From: an uncultured Chlamydiae bacterium
GTDB taxonomy: Bacteria > Chlamydiota > Chlamydiia > Chlamydiales > JAJFMA01
Length of the DNA: 64,000 bases
NCBI GenBank assembly: GCA_963713615.1
Contig: CAVQMM010000001.1
Span: forward strand, 2,720,001-2,784,000
Direction of reading: 5' to 3'
This document shows positions 19,296 through 29,371 of this stretch, piece after piece. The notes below the pieces were generated by a model that was not told the origin of the DNA, ran no database searches, and saw only the letters and a program-made list of their open reading frames with translations. Made by a program: the position numbers and the translations under genes. Within the stretch, counting starts at the first letter, position 1. Every line of letters begins with the position of its first letter.

Positions 19296-20795
19296 CTATT
19301 TCTTAATACGCTGATAAACTTCGACATCGCCGCTCTCGGGGTCAATAGCTGAGTGCGGCACACCAAATAGGAAGCGATAGTTTTTCTTAAACTCCTCCGA
19401 GTCCAATACTCCAGGAGCAAATAGCTTTTTCTGGAAAATGATGTAATCGGGAAATGTCTTCTCTATTAGCTGCGCGGTTGCACGGCCGTAGGGCAATCCT
19501 GGAGTCGATTTAGAAACGACTCCAAGATGCGCTAGTGACGGGTTGATGAGCCCTACAGCATCAACAATATGCGACTTGGAAAAATAGCCAATCGCCCCGA
19601 TCTCATGGGTCAGAATAGACTGCTGAGGCGTTAAGGAAGTCTCGGTCTTCAATTTAGCGATAATATCATGGTATTTGCTTACACGATGTGTGTAGGTATC
19701 CAGCAGCGTGCCTTTGGTGAAATAGACCCAACGCACCTCCAAACCTACTAGAACAAGCAAAGCTACAATCACCACCACAGTTCTACCCGCAACAAGTTGA
19801 TAGAGACCATAGTAGAAAATCACGCCAAGCAGAGTCACCATCGGTGCTGGATACCAGAACCACATCGGAGGATTGGCTATGGAATAGAGAAGAAAGTTTA
19901 GTAAGCATACCCCCAAAATAAAAATCTGGGCAAAGTCCCTTCTTGGCCATCGGAGAAGACCATAGACCACTCCAGCACATACCACCAATGAGCGTACGGG
20001 CCAGGGAATACTGCCTAAGGGAATAAGCAGTGCAGGTGCTTTCAAGAAGTATAGGAATGCATGCAAGGGATCTTCTGGGCGAATTAAATGCTTGATCTCG
20101 ACAGAGGAAGGATAGAGAGTGCCATAACCCACTACATAGAAAGACAAATAGGTTAATACAAAGCCAAAGAGAAGCGTGTAGATGGGCAGGTTGCGGGAAA
20201 GATCAATGGAAAAGCGTCCTTCACGAAATAGGGTCAACAAGCCTACCATTCCCATGATGATAGAACCCTCAGGTCTTGTGAGGAGAGCCATACCAGCGAA
20301 TGCTGCCGCAAGCATCATAGACTTGTCGACAAAAGCCATTGTCAGCAGTATCCAGAGTACAAACAGAGGCGTTTCCATTCCACCCTGTGAGCTGGACAGC
20401 AATAAGGGATGCCATACAACAACCAATGCCAATCCGCTGGAGATGAGTAATGAAATGTCAAGCCTGCGAAAAAACCAAACTAAAACAACCACACAAGCAT
20501 ATTCCAAAAAAATGTTGAGACCCATATCGATAACGACGAGGTCAACCGGAGCCCCAACGTGAGGTAGGAACATTTTCAGCAGGGCAAGTACACAAGGATA
20601 AAGCATTGTTGAGATGCCGAAGATGCGATCATTGGCATGATAGCTGAACGAACCGGTATCGGTGAAATTGTCGACATAACGCAAGGTGATGTAGGCATCA
20701 TCAATCAGATAACCCGGACCAAAATAGGCAAGAAGCGTCCGCACGGCGGCAAAGATGACAAAACCGAGCAAAACCCACAGAAAGTTGCGATTCAT
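19296..20795 (-). CDS. GT-C fold membrane glycosyltransferase (DDAYI family)
   Basis: IDDAYITLRY, GMETPLF, LTRPEG, EIGAIGYFS, DAVGL motifs. Confidence 0.75.
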   Translation of the reverse strand: MNRNFLWVLLGFVIFAAVRTLLAYFGPGYLIDDAYITLRYVDNFTDTGSFSYHANDRIFGISTMLYPCVLALLKMFLPHVGAPVDLVVIDMGLNIFLEYACVVVLVWFFRRLDISLLISSGLALVVVWHPLLLSSSQGGMETPLFVLWILLTMAFVDKSMMLAAAFAGMALLTRPEGSIIMGMVGLLTLFREGRFSIDLSRNLPIYTLLFGFVLTYLSFYVVGYGTLYPSSVEIKHLIRPEDPLHAFLYFLKAPALLIPLGSIPWPVRSLVVCAGVVYGLLRWPRRDFAQIFILGVCLLNFLLYSIANPPMWFWYPAPMVTLLGVIFYYGLYQLVAGRTVVVIVALLVLVGLEVRWVYFTKGTLLDTYTHRVSKYHDIIAKLKTETSLTPQQSILTHEIGAIGYFSKSHIVDAVGLINPSLAHLGVVSKSTPGLPYGRATAQLIEKTFPDYIIFQKKLFAPGVLDSEEFKKNYRFLFGVPHSAIDPESGDVEVYQRIKK

Positions 20796-20812
20796 AGCAG
20801 GCCCCTTTTTGG

Positions 20813-20972
20813 GGCCTTATTCACCTTTGCGGTCAGTTTTCGGTCGACTGCAAAAGGATCGTCTGTCGCGTTTTGCTCCTCGGACATAGCTGGCGCTATG
20901 CCCTCGCCACAAACCACGACATCCGACCTTTTTCGTCCGACCGAAATTCTGACCGCAAAGGTGAACAAGGCC
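20813..20972. mobile_element. MITE family A, copy 2 (reverse orientation)
   Basis: Reverse complement of the 1241 copy; perfect 8-bp TSD CTTTTTGG. Confidence 0.92.
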
Positions 20973-21060
20973 CTTTTTGGACCTGTCTATCACATCACCG
21001 CAATTAATTACCTCTTGAGATGCACACACCACCTATGCAGTGTCCCGTAGATCAGCTAAT

Positions 21061-21150
21061 AGCTCCTTGAAATCTAAAAGATGTTGTAGACATTACCAAA
21101 TGGACCTTAACAGGTTAATATTTCACCTCATACGGGTCGATTTTAGGGCG
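21061..21150. repeat. Truncated relative of the 23148-23477 element
   Basis: AGCTCCTTGAAATCTAAAAGATGTTGTAGA...AAATGGAC and GTCGATTTTAG shared with that element. Confidence 0.55.
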
Positions 21151-21183
21151 GGCTATTTTAAATTCATTAATTGTTCGATTCGT

Positions 21184-22503
21184 CTAAACAAACCTTATTA
21201 AAGGCTCCCCCCTGGGAAGATTACCGATCTCTACAAAGCCTAGCTGTGTGAGAGCCGAGAGTGCACTCTCATGTGTTAGAATTGATGCGAGTAGAGTGTC
21301 TCTGGTGGCACAATTGTAAGCAATTTCGCTGAGACGTTTATATAGCGAAACACAAGTCTTGTTCCGCTTGAGAACATTGCATAGGATTACGAAATTATTA
21401 GGATCGAAGGATTCAACTTTTTGAAAATATCTAGTTTCGACCGCTTGACACAGAGCCTCTTGCCAGCTATCAATGTGATGCTTTCTTCCCTTATCTTGGT
21501 GACTCACCGCGGCGATACTTTCACAAAGCTCGATCCAATCAAGCAGATCCTTCATCGTGGCATTGCTTAAGTCTATTTCTGTCTTAAAAGAATCTGGATG
21601 AGTTCGCACATACCAACGGCATAACCCAAGCAGTATTTCGTCATTCGCATCAAAAGCTTCTTGTGAAATGGCCAATAGACTCTCTGTGTTCAAAGCGATG
21701 TTCAAGTGATAACGACACACTTCGAGTAACGCTGGCGTCTGGGTGAACGAAGCCAGACAATAGAGGGATAACCATCCCCCTAGATCGCTAGGTTCCTGAG
21801 ATAGCTGTCCTGTATAGATAAATTGCAAAAGATTCCTAAATTCATAAACGTTATCGGTAAATTTAAATTCACCCTCGTTTTTATTGGGCAGAGCGACTTC
21901 GCCTAGAAACAGTTTTTCGAAAAATCCAGAATCATAAACCAGACGCTCCTTGTGGACGTGAACCTTAATGTTCTCCCCATTTGCTTCCTTCGGCGGGAAG
22001 ATAAAGGTGTAATTTGTGAGTCTGCCCGCTTGAGCAAGCTCCCATGAAGATGACCCATTTAGCTTGAGCGCCGGTACGAAAGCAGTGATGGGACGAGGTT
22101 GCAAATTCAAATCGTCAGCACTCCAAGACAAATTCGCTGATTTGAGAGCTACCCTCACCATACCGCCGAAATTAACTTGTGGACCATATAGAACATCGTA
22201 CTTGTGGCCGGTTAATTTCCAATGTAAAGTCCCAGGAACAGATTGAAAAGCCCTATTTATGGGGATTACCATGCCCGCAGGGATTTGACAGGCGAGCGTG
22301 GTGCTTAAATCGACATTATTTTTATTGTGAGGACTATGCGCAGCTTGCTGTGCTTCTTGAAATATTTTATTGAACAACTCGAATAAATAAATTCGAGCTT
22401 CATTTGTACCGGACTCTTGAATGGGCGGAAGATCTGCAGCTTGGGAAACTTGAATCGAAAGAATAGTAGAATCGACTCGCTTACAATTTATTAATGAATC
22501 CAT
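21184..22503 (-). CDS. BTB/POZ-domain protein (eukaryote-like, candidate effector)
   Basis: VHVHKERLVYDSGFFEKLF...FRNLLQFIYTGQL...LYCLASFTQTPALLEVC fits the BTB pattern, followed by BACK-like helices. Confidence 0.75.
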   Translation of the reverse strand: MDSLINCKRVDSTILSIQVSQAADLPPIQESGTNEARIYLFELFNKIFQEAQQAAHSPHNKNNVDLSTTLACQIPAGMVIPINRAFQSVPGTLHWKLTGHKYDVLYGPQVNFGGMVRVALKSANLSWSADDLNLQPRPITAFVPALKLNGSSSWELAQAGRLTNYTFIFPPKEANGENIKVHVHKERLVYDSGFFEKLFLGEVALPNKNEGEFKFTDNVYEFRNLLQFIYTGQLSQEPSDLGGWLSLYCLASFTQTPALLEVCRYHLNIALNTESLLAISQEAFDANDEILLGLCRWYVRTHPDSFKTEIDLSNATMKDLLDWIELCESIAAVSHQDKGRKHHIDSWQEALCQAVETRYFQKVESFDPNNFVILCNVLKRNKTCVSLYKRLSEIAYNCATRDTLLASILTHESALSALTQLGFVEIGNLPRGEPLIRFV

Positions 22504-22672
22504 AATTATGCCATCTACTTTATAGTTATAGTTTTTATAAACACAAATAATATTTCAGATCTTACATTTTTCTCAAACTAAAAAACACTTAAATTTATTT
22601 ATGATCGCAAAATGCAACCCATCCCGATAATTTGAGTCTCAAATTGCAAGTAAGACCAGCATTCAGCCAGAA

Positions 22673-22804
22673 GAAATAGGAGGCGCAGCACTTGAGAGCC
22701 TTGTCGCACAGCATATTAGAGCATGGATCGACTTTCAAACTGCACAATTCAATTTGAGCTTTTGGCGTACGCGATCGGGTCTAGAAGTGGATTTTATCGT
22801 CTAT
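22673..22804 (+). pseudogene. Remnant of an AAA_14/DUF4143 ATPase paralogue
   Basis: EIGGAALESLVAQHIRAWIDFQ...LSFWRTRSGLEVDFIVY aligns by eye with EIEGVALEGLVAQHLRAW...LSFWRTQTKLEVDFVIY of the 55562-56722 gene. Confidence 0.8.
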
Positions 22805-22862
22805 GCCGCACTCCTAGCAGGGGAAGTCAAGTTTCGTATAATGCCTAGTTCGCCCAAATCCA

Positions 22863-22946
22863 AAAGCGGTCGCAAGCGACCGCACTCCAAAGCGCGCCGA
22901 GTGACGATTGTGATTCCAAAGCGCCCCCAATTCTTCACAAGAACCC
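22863..22946 (-). repeat. REP-like hairpin plus an ISL3-like MITE end
   Basis: AAAGCGGTCGCAAGCGACCGCACTCCAAAGCG followed by CCCCCAATTCTTCACAAGAACC (end shared with 39248 and ~56728). Confidence 0.75.
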
Positions 22947-23147
22947 AAATTGAGTCCTCAGAATCCCTTTCCTGAGGCGCCAGAGTGAGCCGAGAAAACA
23001 ATTTTATGCATGGTGCAAATCAGGGGAATAAATAGCCACATTATTGGATCAGAATCACTTTTTTTGACAGATTTTTTTTTCACAGGTTGATTAGAGACTC
23101 GGTGTTAGAGGAGAGAAAAAAAATAGGTCCATTGGAAATAATTGCAG

Positions 23148-23477
23148 AGGCTCTTTAAAATCTAGAAGATGTTGTAGATAAGGTAAAAATGGACTTTATG
23201 CAGGATCGCTTCGCGGCATGATATGCAGGATCACTCCCACCTTCTAAATGCAAATAGAGTCTGACAATGAGCTTATACCCCACTCGGTCATAAATTTGGA
23301 TTTGGGCCCACGCGAATCTATTCCAACTCCATACCATAAATTTTTTAAAATAGCGTTAACCCTATGAATCTGAAGAAGATGGGAGTGATCCTGCATATCA
23401 TGCCGCGAAGCGATCCTGCATATCCGTTACAGTCGATTTTAGACGTATCTAAAACATCTTTTAGATTTCAACAAGCT
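23148..23477. mobile_element. MITE-like element with ~30-bp imperfect TIRs and a 48-bp internal inverted repeat
   Basis: Ends AGGCTCTTTAAAATCTAGAAGATGTTGTAGATA / TATCTAAAACATCTTTTAGATTTCAACAAGCT; inner IR 23197-23244 vs 23375-23422 (1 mismatch); no clear TSD. Confidence 0.7.
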
Positions 23478-23489
23478 ACTGTTTTCTTG

Positions 23490-25697
23490 TTAGCCAAGTG
23501 GTGACAGGGATGCTAATCGCGCAACCAAACTTCGGGTTTGTCCATCTTTGCTGAAATGTACTTTGTAGGTTAGCCCTGCGCTTCCCTCATACACCTCCAT
23601 AATCGTCCCGATGCCAAATTCGCGGTGAAAAACGACATCGCCAGCTGCAAAGGTGCGCTCGGCAGGCTTGGGATTCTTCGAGAAGACGCTAGGAACGTCA
23701 TACACCACGCGTGGTTCATGCTCGACCTCATTCTCCTCATCATCCTTGACCCTATCGCCTGGAGAGGGAGCGGCTCTCATCAGCTGAATATGCTGACGCG
23801 GAATATCCTTCAAAAAGCGGCTGCCACGCATCGCACGACGCACACCCCAGAGGTTTCTCGAGCCCACATGCGAGATATATAGGTACCTTTCGGCGCGTGT
23901 CATGCCCACGTAGCATAGCCGACGCTCCTCCTCAAGAGCCCTGTTATCGTCCTTACTGTTGATATGCGGAAAGAGGTCTTCTTCCATCCCTACCAAAAAG
24001 GTGACGGGAAATTCAAGCCCTTTGCCGCTATGAATTGTCATCAGGCTAACGCGGGGGGTAAACTCATCAACCTCATCGATGCTAGCTTTTAGAGAGAGTT
24101 CTTCTAAAAAGTCCCTCAATGTGCCATCGGGTCTTTGCTCACTCCATTCACTGGCTTTGCTAACCAATTCCTGCAAGTTTGAACTTCGGTCTTCGAAGGT
24201 TTCTTGATCGGCTTGTAGATACTCTAGATAACCGGTGAGGTTGATGGCCGCTTTAACCATATCCATGAGCGGCACTTGCCCCTCAAGGCGTCTTAAACCC
24301 TCTATCAATTCCACATACTTGACAAGGGCCGCTTTCTGCTTTGCAGGTAGGTTTGGAGAGGTATGTTCTCCGCGTATAAGGCCTTGGCAAAACTCAAAGA
24401 TGGGCAACTCATGCGCTTCGGCGGTATTACGAATTTTATCGATTGTAGAATCGCCAATTCCTCTCTTGGGAACGGTCAAAGTGCGTTCCCATGCAACCAT
24501 ATCGGTGCTGGATTGCACCATGCGTAGGTAGGCCATGATGTCTTTGATTTCTCGTCTTTGATAGAAAGAAACACCGCCCACAATAACATAGGGGATTCCC
24601 ATCGACATAAAGCGGTCTTCAAATGCTCGCGACTGAAAGTTGGTGCGATAAAAAATGGCTATTCGATTCAGTGGAACATCGTTGTGTGTGCGATGGTATC
24701 GAATGCAATCAACGACAAAGCGTGTTTCATCGTTTTCATTAGGACCATAGAAAACGCCGATCTTCTCACCAGGCCCAAGATTGCTCCAAAGGTTCTTTTC
24801 ATATCTCGATTCATTTTTCTTGATGACAGCGTTAGCGGCATCCAAGATGTGCGTGGTGCTGCGGTAGTTCTGCTCCAGACGTATTACCTTGGCGCCGGGA
24901 TAGTCCTTCTCGAAATCCAGGATATTGCGCACATCTGCGCCACGCCATGAATAGATTGACTGATCTGGATCGCCCACAACACACAAGTTGCCTCTTTTTT
25001 CCACGAGGGTTCTGATGAGCTCATATTGTGCAACATTAGTATCTTGGTATTCATCGATCAGCAAATAGTGCCAACGACTCTGGTAATAGTCCAAAACTTC
25101 AGGAAACTCGCGAAGCAAACGCACAGGCAGATAAAGAAGGTCATCGAAATCCACCGCGTTGTACTGGAACAATAATTCCGTATAACGCCTATAGATTTTT
25201 TGAAAGAGATCGACATTTTGTGCGTTGCGAAGATTTTCAGTACAGTTGTCGGGACTTCTAAGGGCATTTTTTGCGTGTGAAATGCTATGACGCACATTTT
25301 TGAGGATATCGCGATCACGACCTACGCCGACTTCGTCAAGACATGTTTTGAGAACCTTAGTGACGTCATCTTCATCATAAATGGTGAAATGGCTGCGATA
25401 TCCCAAATGCTGAATCGACTCCCTTAAGATGCGAGCGCCCAGGCTATGAAAGGTCGAGATCAGCACATCGGCATTAGTAGCGGCATTGACACGATTGCGC
25501 ATTTCACCTGCAGCTTTATTCGTAAAGGTAACCCCAAGAATGCGATGGGGATCCACGCCTCGCTCTAATAGGCGAATAATGCGCATGGTCACCACGCGTG
25601 TTTTGCCCGAGCCAGCGCCCGCCAGAACTAAAAGCTGGCCTTCGCCAAAGCCTATGGCTTCTTGTTGCTCTGAATTAAGAATATCTGGGGAATCCAT
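23490..25697 (-). CDS. pcrA: ATP-dependent DNA helicase PcrA/UvrD
   Basis: AGAGSGKT, TFTNKAA, DEYQD, VGDPDQSIYSWRGA, EERRLCYVGMTRA; start moved to MDSPDIL, just after the putA stop. Confidence 0.93.
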   Translation of the reverse strand: MDSPDILNSEQQEAIGFGEGQLLVLAGAGSGKTRVVTMRIIRLLERGVDPHRILGVTFTNKAAGEMRNRVNAATNADVLISTFHSLGARILRESIQHLGYRSHFTIYDEDDVTKVLKTCLDEVGVGRDRDILKNVRHSISHAKNALRSPDNCTENLRNAQNVDLFQKIYRRYTELLFQYNAVDFDDLLYLPVRLLREFPEVLDYYQSRWHYLLIDEYQDTNVAQYELIRTLVEKRGNLCVVGDPDQSIYSWRGADVRNILDFEKDYPGAKVIRLEQNYRSTTHILDAANAVIKKNESRYEKNLWSNLGPGEKIGVFYGPNENDETRFVVDCIRYHRTHNDVPLNRIAIFYRTNFQSRAFEDRFMSMGIPYVIVGGVSFYQRREIKDIMAYLRMVQSSTDMVAWERTLTVPKRGIGDSTIDKIRNTAEAHELPIFEFCQGLIRGEHTSPNLPAKQKAALVKYVELIEGLRRLEGQVPLMDMVKAAINLTGYLEYLQADQETFEDRSSNLQELVSKASEWSEQRPDGTLRDFLEELSLKASIDEVDEFTPRVSLMTIHSGKGLEFPVTFLVGMEEDLFPHINSKDDNRALEEERRLCYVGMTRAERYLYISHVGSRNLWGVRRAMRGSRFLKDIPRQHIQLMRAAPSPGDRVKDDEENEVEHEPRVVYDVPSVFSKNPKPAERTFAAGDVVFHREFGIGTIMEVYEGSAGLTYKVHFSKDGQTRSLVARLASLSPLG

Positions 25698-25737
25698 AAC
25701 GCCTGTTTGGGTAAACGTTTGCACAAAACACTCGGGG

Positions 25738-28700
25738 TTAGGGTGAGACGGTTCGCAACGGACTGCGTTTTTCATTTTCTCGGTCACCAAGATTACCATA
25801 ACGGTGGTAGTCAATACTAATCGAAAGTTCGCGCAAGTGATGTAATAACTCCAAACGCCCTGAAGAAAAGACGGGGGCGATCGCTATACGGGCTCCCATT
25901 TCAGCAAGTCCAACTCGAAGTTTCTCGGATGGAGGCTGAAGTAACCTAACCCGCACGTGGGGAATGGCAGCCATGCGCTGAAGAAAGGCTTCGTCAGTTT
26001 CAAGAGTAGCCTCGATCGAGAGCGTAACATCGGAACTGATTTCCAATTTCGCTCCACAAATCCTTGCTGCGGCACAAACACGCAAGTAACCGATCGCTTG
26101 ATCATTGGCTTGTACGCGTAAGATGACGTGGCGTGGTCTATAGGTAAATAAGTTATCTTCACCTTGGATGCGGCTGAAGTCGCAAGCTTTAGAAAATAGC
26201 TGCTTCCAGAAGTGTGCATAGCTGCTTAAGCTGGCACTCCAAACGGCTATATCGTCAGGCGATAGATGCTTTTGTAGGTCGGGCAGAGAAAAAAAATCTT
26301 TCTCTTCGGGTAGGCCAGACTGCTCTGCTTTCATAAAGTTGATGAGATAATTGGGTCCACCGGCTTTGGCTCCTGGACCAAAACTACTGTCTTTACAGCC
26401 ACCAAAAGGCTGGCGCTGAACGATAGCACCCGTGATGCCACGGTTGACATAGAGATTTCCTGCATCAGCACGCTCGATCCAATACTGCTGTTCGCGTTCA
26501 TCTAGGCTGTGTAAACCAGAGGTTAGGCCATAGGGGGTTCCGTTAGCCAATCTGATCGCTTCATCGAGTGAATCTGCCCTCATTAAGGCTAGAACGGGAC
26601 CAAAAAACTCGGTTTGATGAGTAAAGCTGCCAGGTTTCACACCCATTTTAATGCCTGGTGACCACAACTGTGGATTCTGTGAGTCTTGACGGGGTTGAAG
26701 AAGCCACTCTTCGCCTTCTTCAAGTGTTGTGAGCGCGCGTAACAGCGCACCACTTGCAGGGCGAATCAAGGGGCTCAGTCGCGTCTGAAAATTCCATGAA
26801 GAGCCAGCAGCCCAGCTAGCAGCAGCATCGCGCAGTTGTCGTCGGAATTGTGGGTCGTCGTATACCTCGGCTTCGCAAATCAATAAGCTACATGCACTGC
26901 ATTTCTGACCTGCATGTCCAAAGGCTGATTGAATGACATCCCGAATGGCTAGATCACGATCGGCCATGCAACTGACAATCATGGCATTCTTACCGCCGGT
27001 TTCAGCAAGCAGGTCAAGGCCAGGCCGTAAGCGTAGCAGATGACGCGCAGTCTCCGTAGCGCCTGTGAGCACCACGACAGCAACTCGCGAGTCTTGAATA
27101 AGGCGGCTACCAACAGGATCATCCTCACAAGGAATAAAATGCAGCACATCACGACTAATGCCACCTTCCCAAAAGGCATCAGCAACAATATTGCCTACGA
27201 CAATAGCTTCTGGAGCTGGCTTAAATAAGACTGCATTACCCGTTGCTAAAGCCGCTGCTATGCCCCCAACAGGAATAGAACAGGGGAAATTCCAAGGTGG
27301 AGCTATGACAACGATCCCCTTTGCGGACCACTGAACGTTGCTTATTTCGTCTAATGAGATCATCTCGCGACGATAGTATTCCACAAAATCTATCGCTTCT
27401 TGAATTTCGATGTCAGCTTCAGCAGCGACTTTGTTGCACGTGAAAATCATGGCTTCCATGAGTTGTGCACGATGACAACGTAGGGCTTGAGCAACATTCC
27501 AGAGGACTTCCGACCTCTCATGAGTCGCGAGCGCTGACCAATTGAGTTGAGATCGTGATGCTGTATTCAGGGCAGCATCGACATCCTGCCAGGTAGCCAT
27601 TTCTACAGGGGTCGTTGGTTTGGGCTTATGTTCAGCAACAATAGTCTCTAGCCACTTTCGATTTGCGGGAAGAGCCCAATCGGTATCTGGTTCATTTGCA
27701 AAAGGCGATTGGAGCGAAGGTTTCAGAGGGCTCCTCTGCCGATTCTGCTGCCGACGGACATCACTCGAGACGCTATCTGCCTCAGTGCATGAGTTACGAA
27801 ATAGCGTTGCCTGATCTTGCCATGCATGAGATCCAGGATTAAGCCCAAAGGCATGCCTGAGGAAGTTTTGTGGGGCGGTATTTTCGTCTAATCGCCTGAT
27901 GAGATAGGCGATGGCATTTTGAAATTCAGCCTCACTGGCAGCCGGGCAGTACAGCAACATATCGCCGGAAACGTTTTGCACAGCGCGTCGGATATGATCG
28001 GCCATACCTTCAAGCATTTCAAAACAAACTTCTTTTTCGAGACCATTCTCTTGTCTAAGCAATAAGGCGAATGCAATATCAAAGAGATTGTGACTTCCAA
28101 TGCCCAGATGCACCGCACGAGCATGCTCAGGCTTCATACCGTAAAGAATCATGCGTTTGAAATTGGCATCCACCTCACCTTTGTCACTGTAGGGAGCTTG
28201 CTGCCAGCCATGCATAGCCGCTGTAACCTGCTCCATAGCGAGATTAGCTCCCTTAACAATGCGTATTTTAATAGGCGCGCTCTTAGCTGCCATTCGTTGA
28301 ATTGCCCATTGCGTGAGTTTTTGCTGCACTGCAAACGAATCAGGAATATAAGCCTGCAGCACTATGCCTGCTGATAGATCAAGAAATTCTTCTTCACCGA
28401 GTACTCTACAAAATAATTCTACGGTCAATAGCAGGTCGGAGTATTCCTCCATGTCGAGATTGACGAACTTCGGCACTTCGGTGCCATCGGGACGACGATA
28501 TAGATGCTTACGAGAGGCTCGATAGAGCTTTCGCAAAGGCTTTGAAAGTCTGTCTAGGGTATGCTCCCACCCGATAAGATTAATCTGACTGTAGATCGTT
28601 GAGACCTTTACGGAGATATACTCCACTTCAGGCTTAGCAAGATCGTCGAGGTACAGTTGAAGACGGTGCTGCGCTTCTTCTTCACCCAGCACGGCTTCAC

Positions 28701-29205
28701 CAAGATGGTTAAGATTTACGCGTACGCCCTGCTGACGTCGCTGACGCATGTGTTGGGCCAATAACGCTGGTTCAGCGGGAAGGATGACTCGAGACATTTC
28801 CTGACGCAGCAGCCTTTTGACGAGCGGCACAAAGAGACCAGGCAAAAATCGGCCAAACCGGCGAAAGAGGTGAATGCCGGTTCGTTCTAGTAGAGGCAAA
28901 AAATGCGGCACACCAAATTTATCAATAAGATAGGTCAATTGATCTGCAATGCGATGTGGGTCATCACTTCGGAAGCATTGATCCGTCATGCTAGTAGTGA
29001 AGGCCTTGCCCAACGGGTCCTCCATCATGCGCGCCAATTGCCCCTGAACTCGCCGCTCATCGGCTGTCTGGATCTTATTGGCCTCCTGCAAAAGAGAAGC
29101 GGCTAAAGTTATCGCCTCGTCGCATCGCTGAGTCATGGTTCGCGAGGATCTCTGAGCATGAGAGAACAAACGCATGGCAGCGCTCTGATTTTCTTGCTGA
29201 TTCAT
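25738..29205 (-). CDS. putA: Bifunctional proline dehydrogenase / P5C dehydrogenase
   Basis: NLDMEEY, RIVKGAN, YLIRRLDEN (PRODH); PWNFP, ETGGKNA, GQKCSA, EFFGP (ALDH). Confidence 0.93.
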   Translation of the reverse strand: MNQQENQSAAMRLFSHAQRSSRTMTQRCDEAITLAASLLQEANKIQTADERRVQGQLARMMEDPLGKAFTTSMTDQCFRSDDPHRIADQLTYLIDKFGVPHFLPLLERTGIHLFRRFGRFLPGLFVPLVKRLLRQEMSRVILPAEPALLAQHMRQRRQQGVRVNLNHLGEAVLGEEEAQHRLQLYLDDLAKPEVEYISVKVSTIYSQINLIGWEHTLDRLSKPLRKLYRASRKHLYRRPDGTEVPKFVNLDMEEYSDLLLTVELFCRVLGEEEFLDLSAGIVLQAYIPDSFAVQQKLTQWAIQRMAAKSAPIKIRIVKGANLAMEQVTAAMHGWQQAPYSDKGEVDANFKRMILYGMKPEHARAVHLGIGSHNLFDIAFALLLRQENGLEKEVCFEMLEGMADHIRRAVQNVSGDMLLYCPAASEAEFQNAIAYLIRRLDENTAPQNFLRHAFGLNPGSHAWQDQATLFRNSCTEADSVSSDVRRQQNRQRSPLKPSLQSPFANEPDTDWALPANRKWLETIVAEHKPKPTTPVEMATWQDVDAALNTASRSQLNWSALATHERSEVLWNVAQALRCHRAQLMEAMIFTCNKVAAEADIEIQEAIDFVEYYRREMISLDEISNVQWSAKGIVVIAPPWNFPCSIPVGGIAAALATGNAVLFKPAPEAIVVGNIVADAFWEGGISRDVLHFIPCEDDPVGSRLIQDSRVAVVVLTGATETARHLLRLRPGLDLLAETGGKNAMIVSCMADRDLAIRDVIQSAFGHAGQKCSACSLLICEAEVYDDPQFRRQLRDAAASWAAGSSWNFQTRLSPLIRPASGALLRALTTLEEGEEWLLQPRQDSQNPQLWSPGIKMGVKPGSFTHQTEFFGPVLALMRADSLDEAIRLANGTPYGLTSGLHSLDEREQQYWIERADAGNLYVNRGITGAIVQRQPFGGCKDSSFGPGAKAGGPNYLINFMKAEQSGLPEEKDFFSLPDLQKHLSPDDIAVWSASLSSYAHFWKQLFSKACDFSRIQGEDNLFTYRPRHVILRVQANDQAIGYLRVCAAARICGAKLEISSDVTLSIEATLETDEAFLQRMAAIPHVRVRLLQPPSEKLRVGLAEMGARIAIAPVFSSGRLELLHHLRELSISIDYHRYGNLGDRENEKRSPLRTVSP

Positions 29206-29371
29206 AACCTCTTCTGGGGTTTGTTTCCTTAATACGGCAGTGTAACAGGAGGATTAGGATTTTTACCACAGAGGACACAGAGTGCTCTGAGATAGGAGAG
29301 AGAGGAGGGATTTATTTTTTTTTATTTAATAGATGCCCATGGGGTCCATTAGTGTCCATGCTGTCCATTAA

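Noticed and set aside
25698..25814. Long overlaps implied by ORF-track starts (pcrA/putA; also pgk/pdxH, dnaQ/engB, kamA/murA)
   Set aside because: Downstream starts match the family N-termini and remove the overlaps
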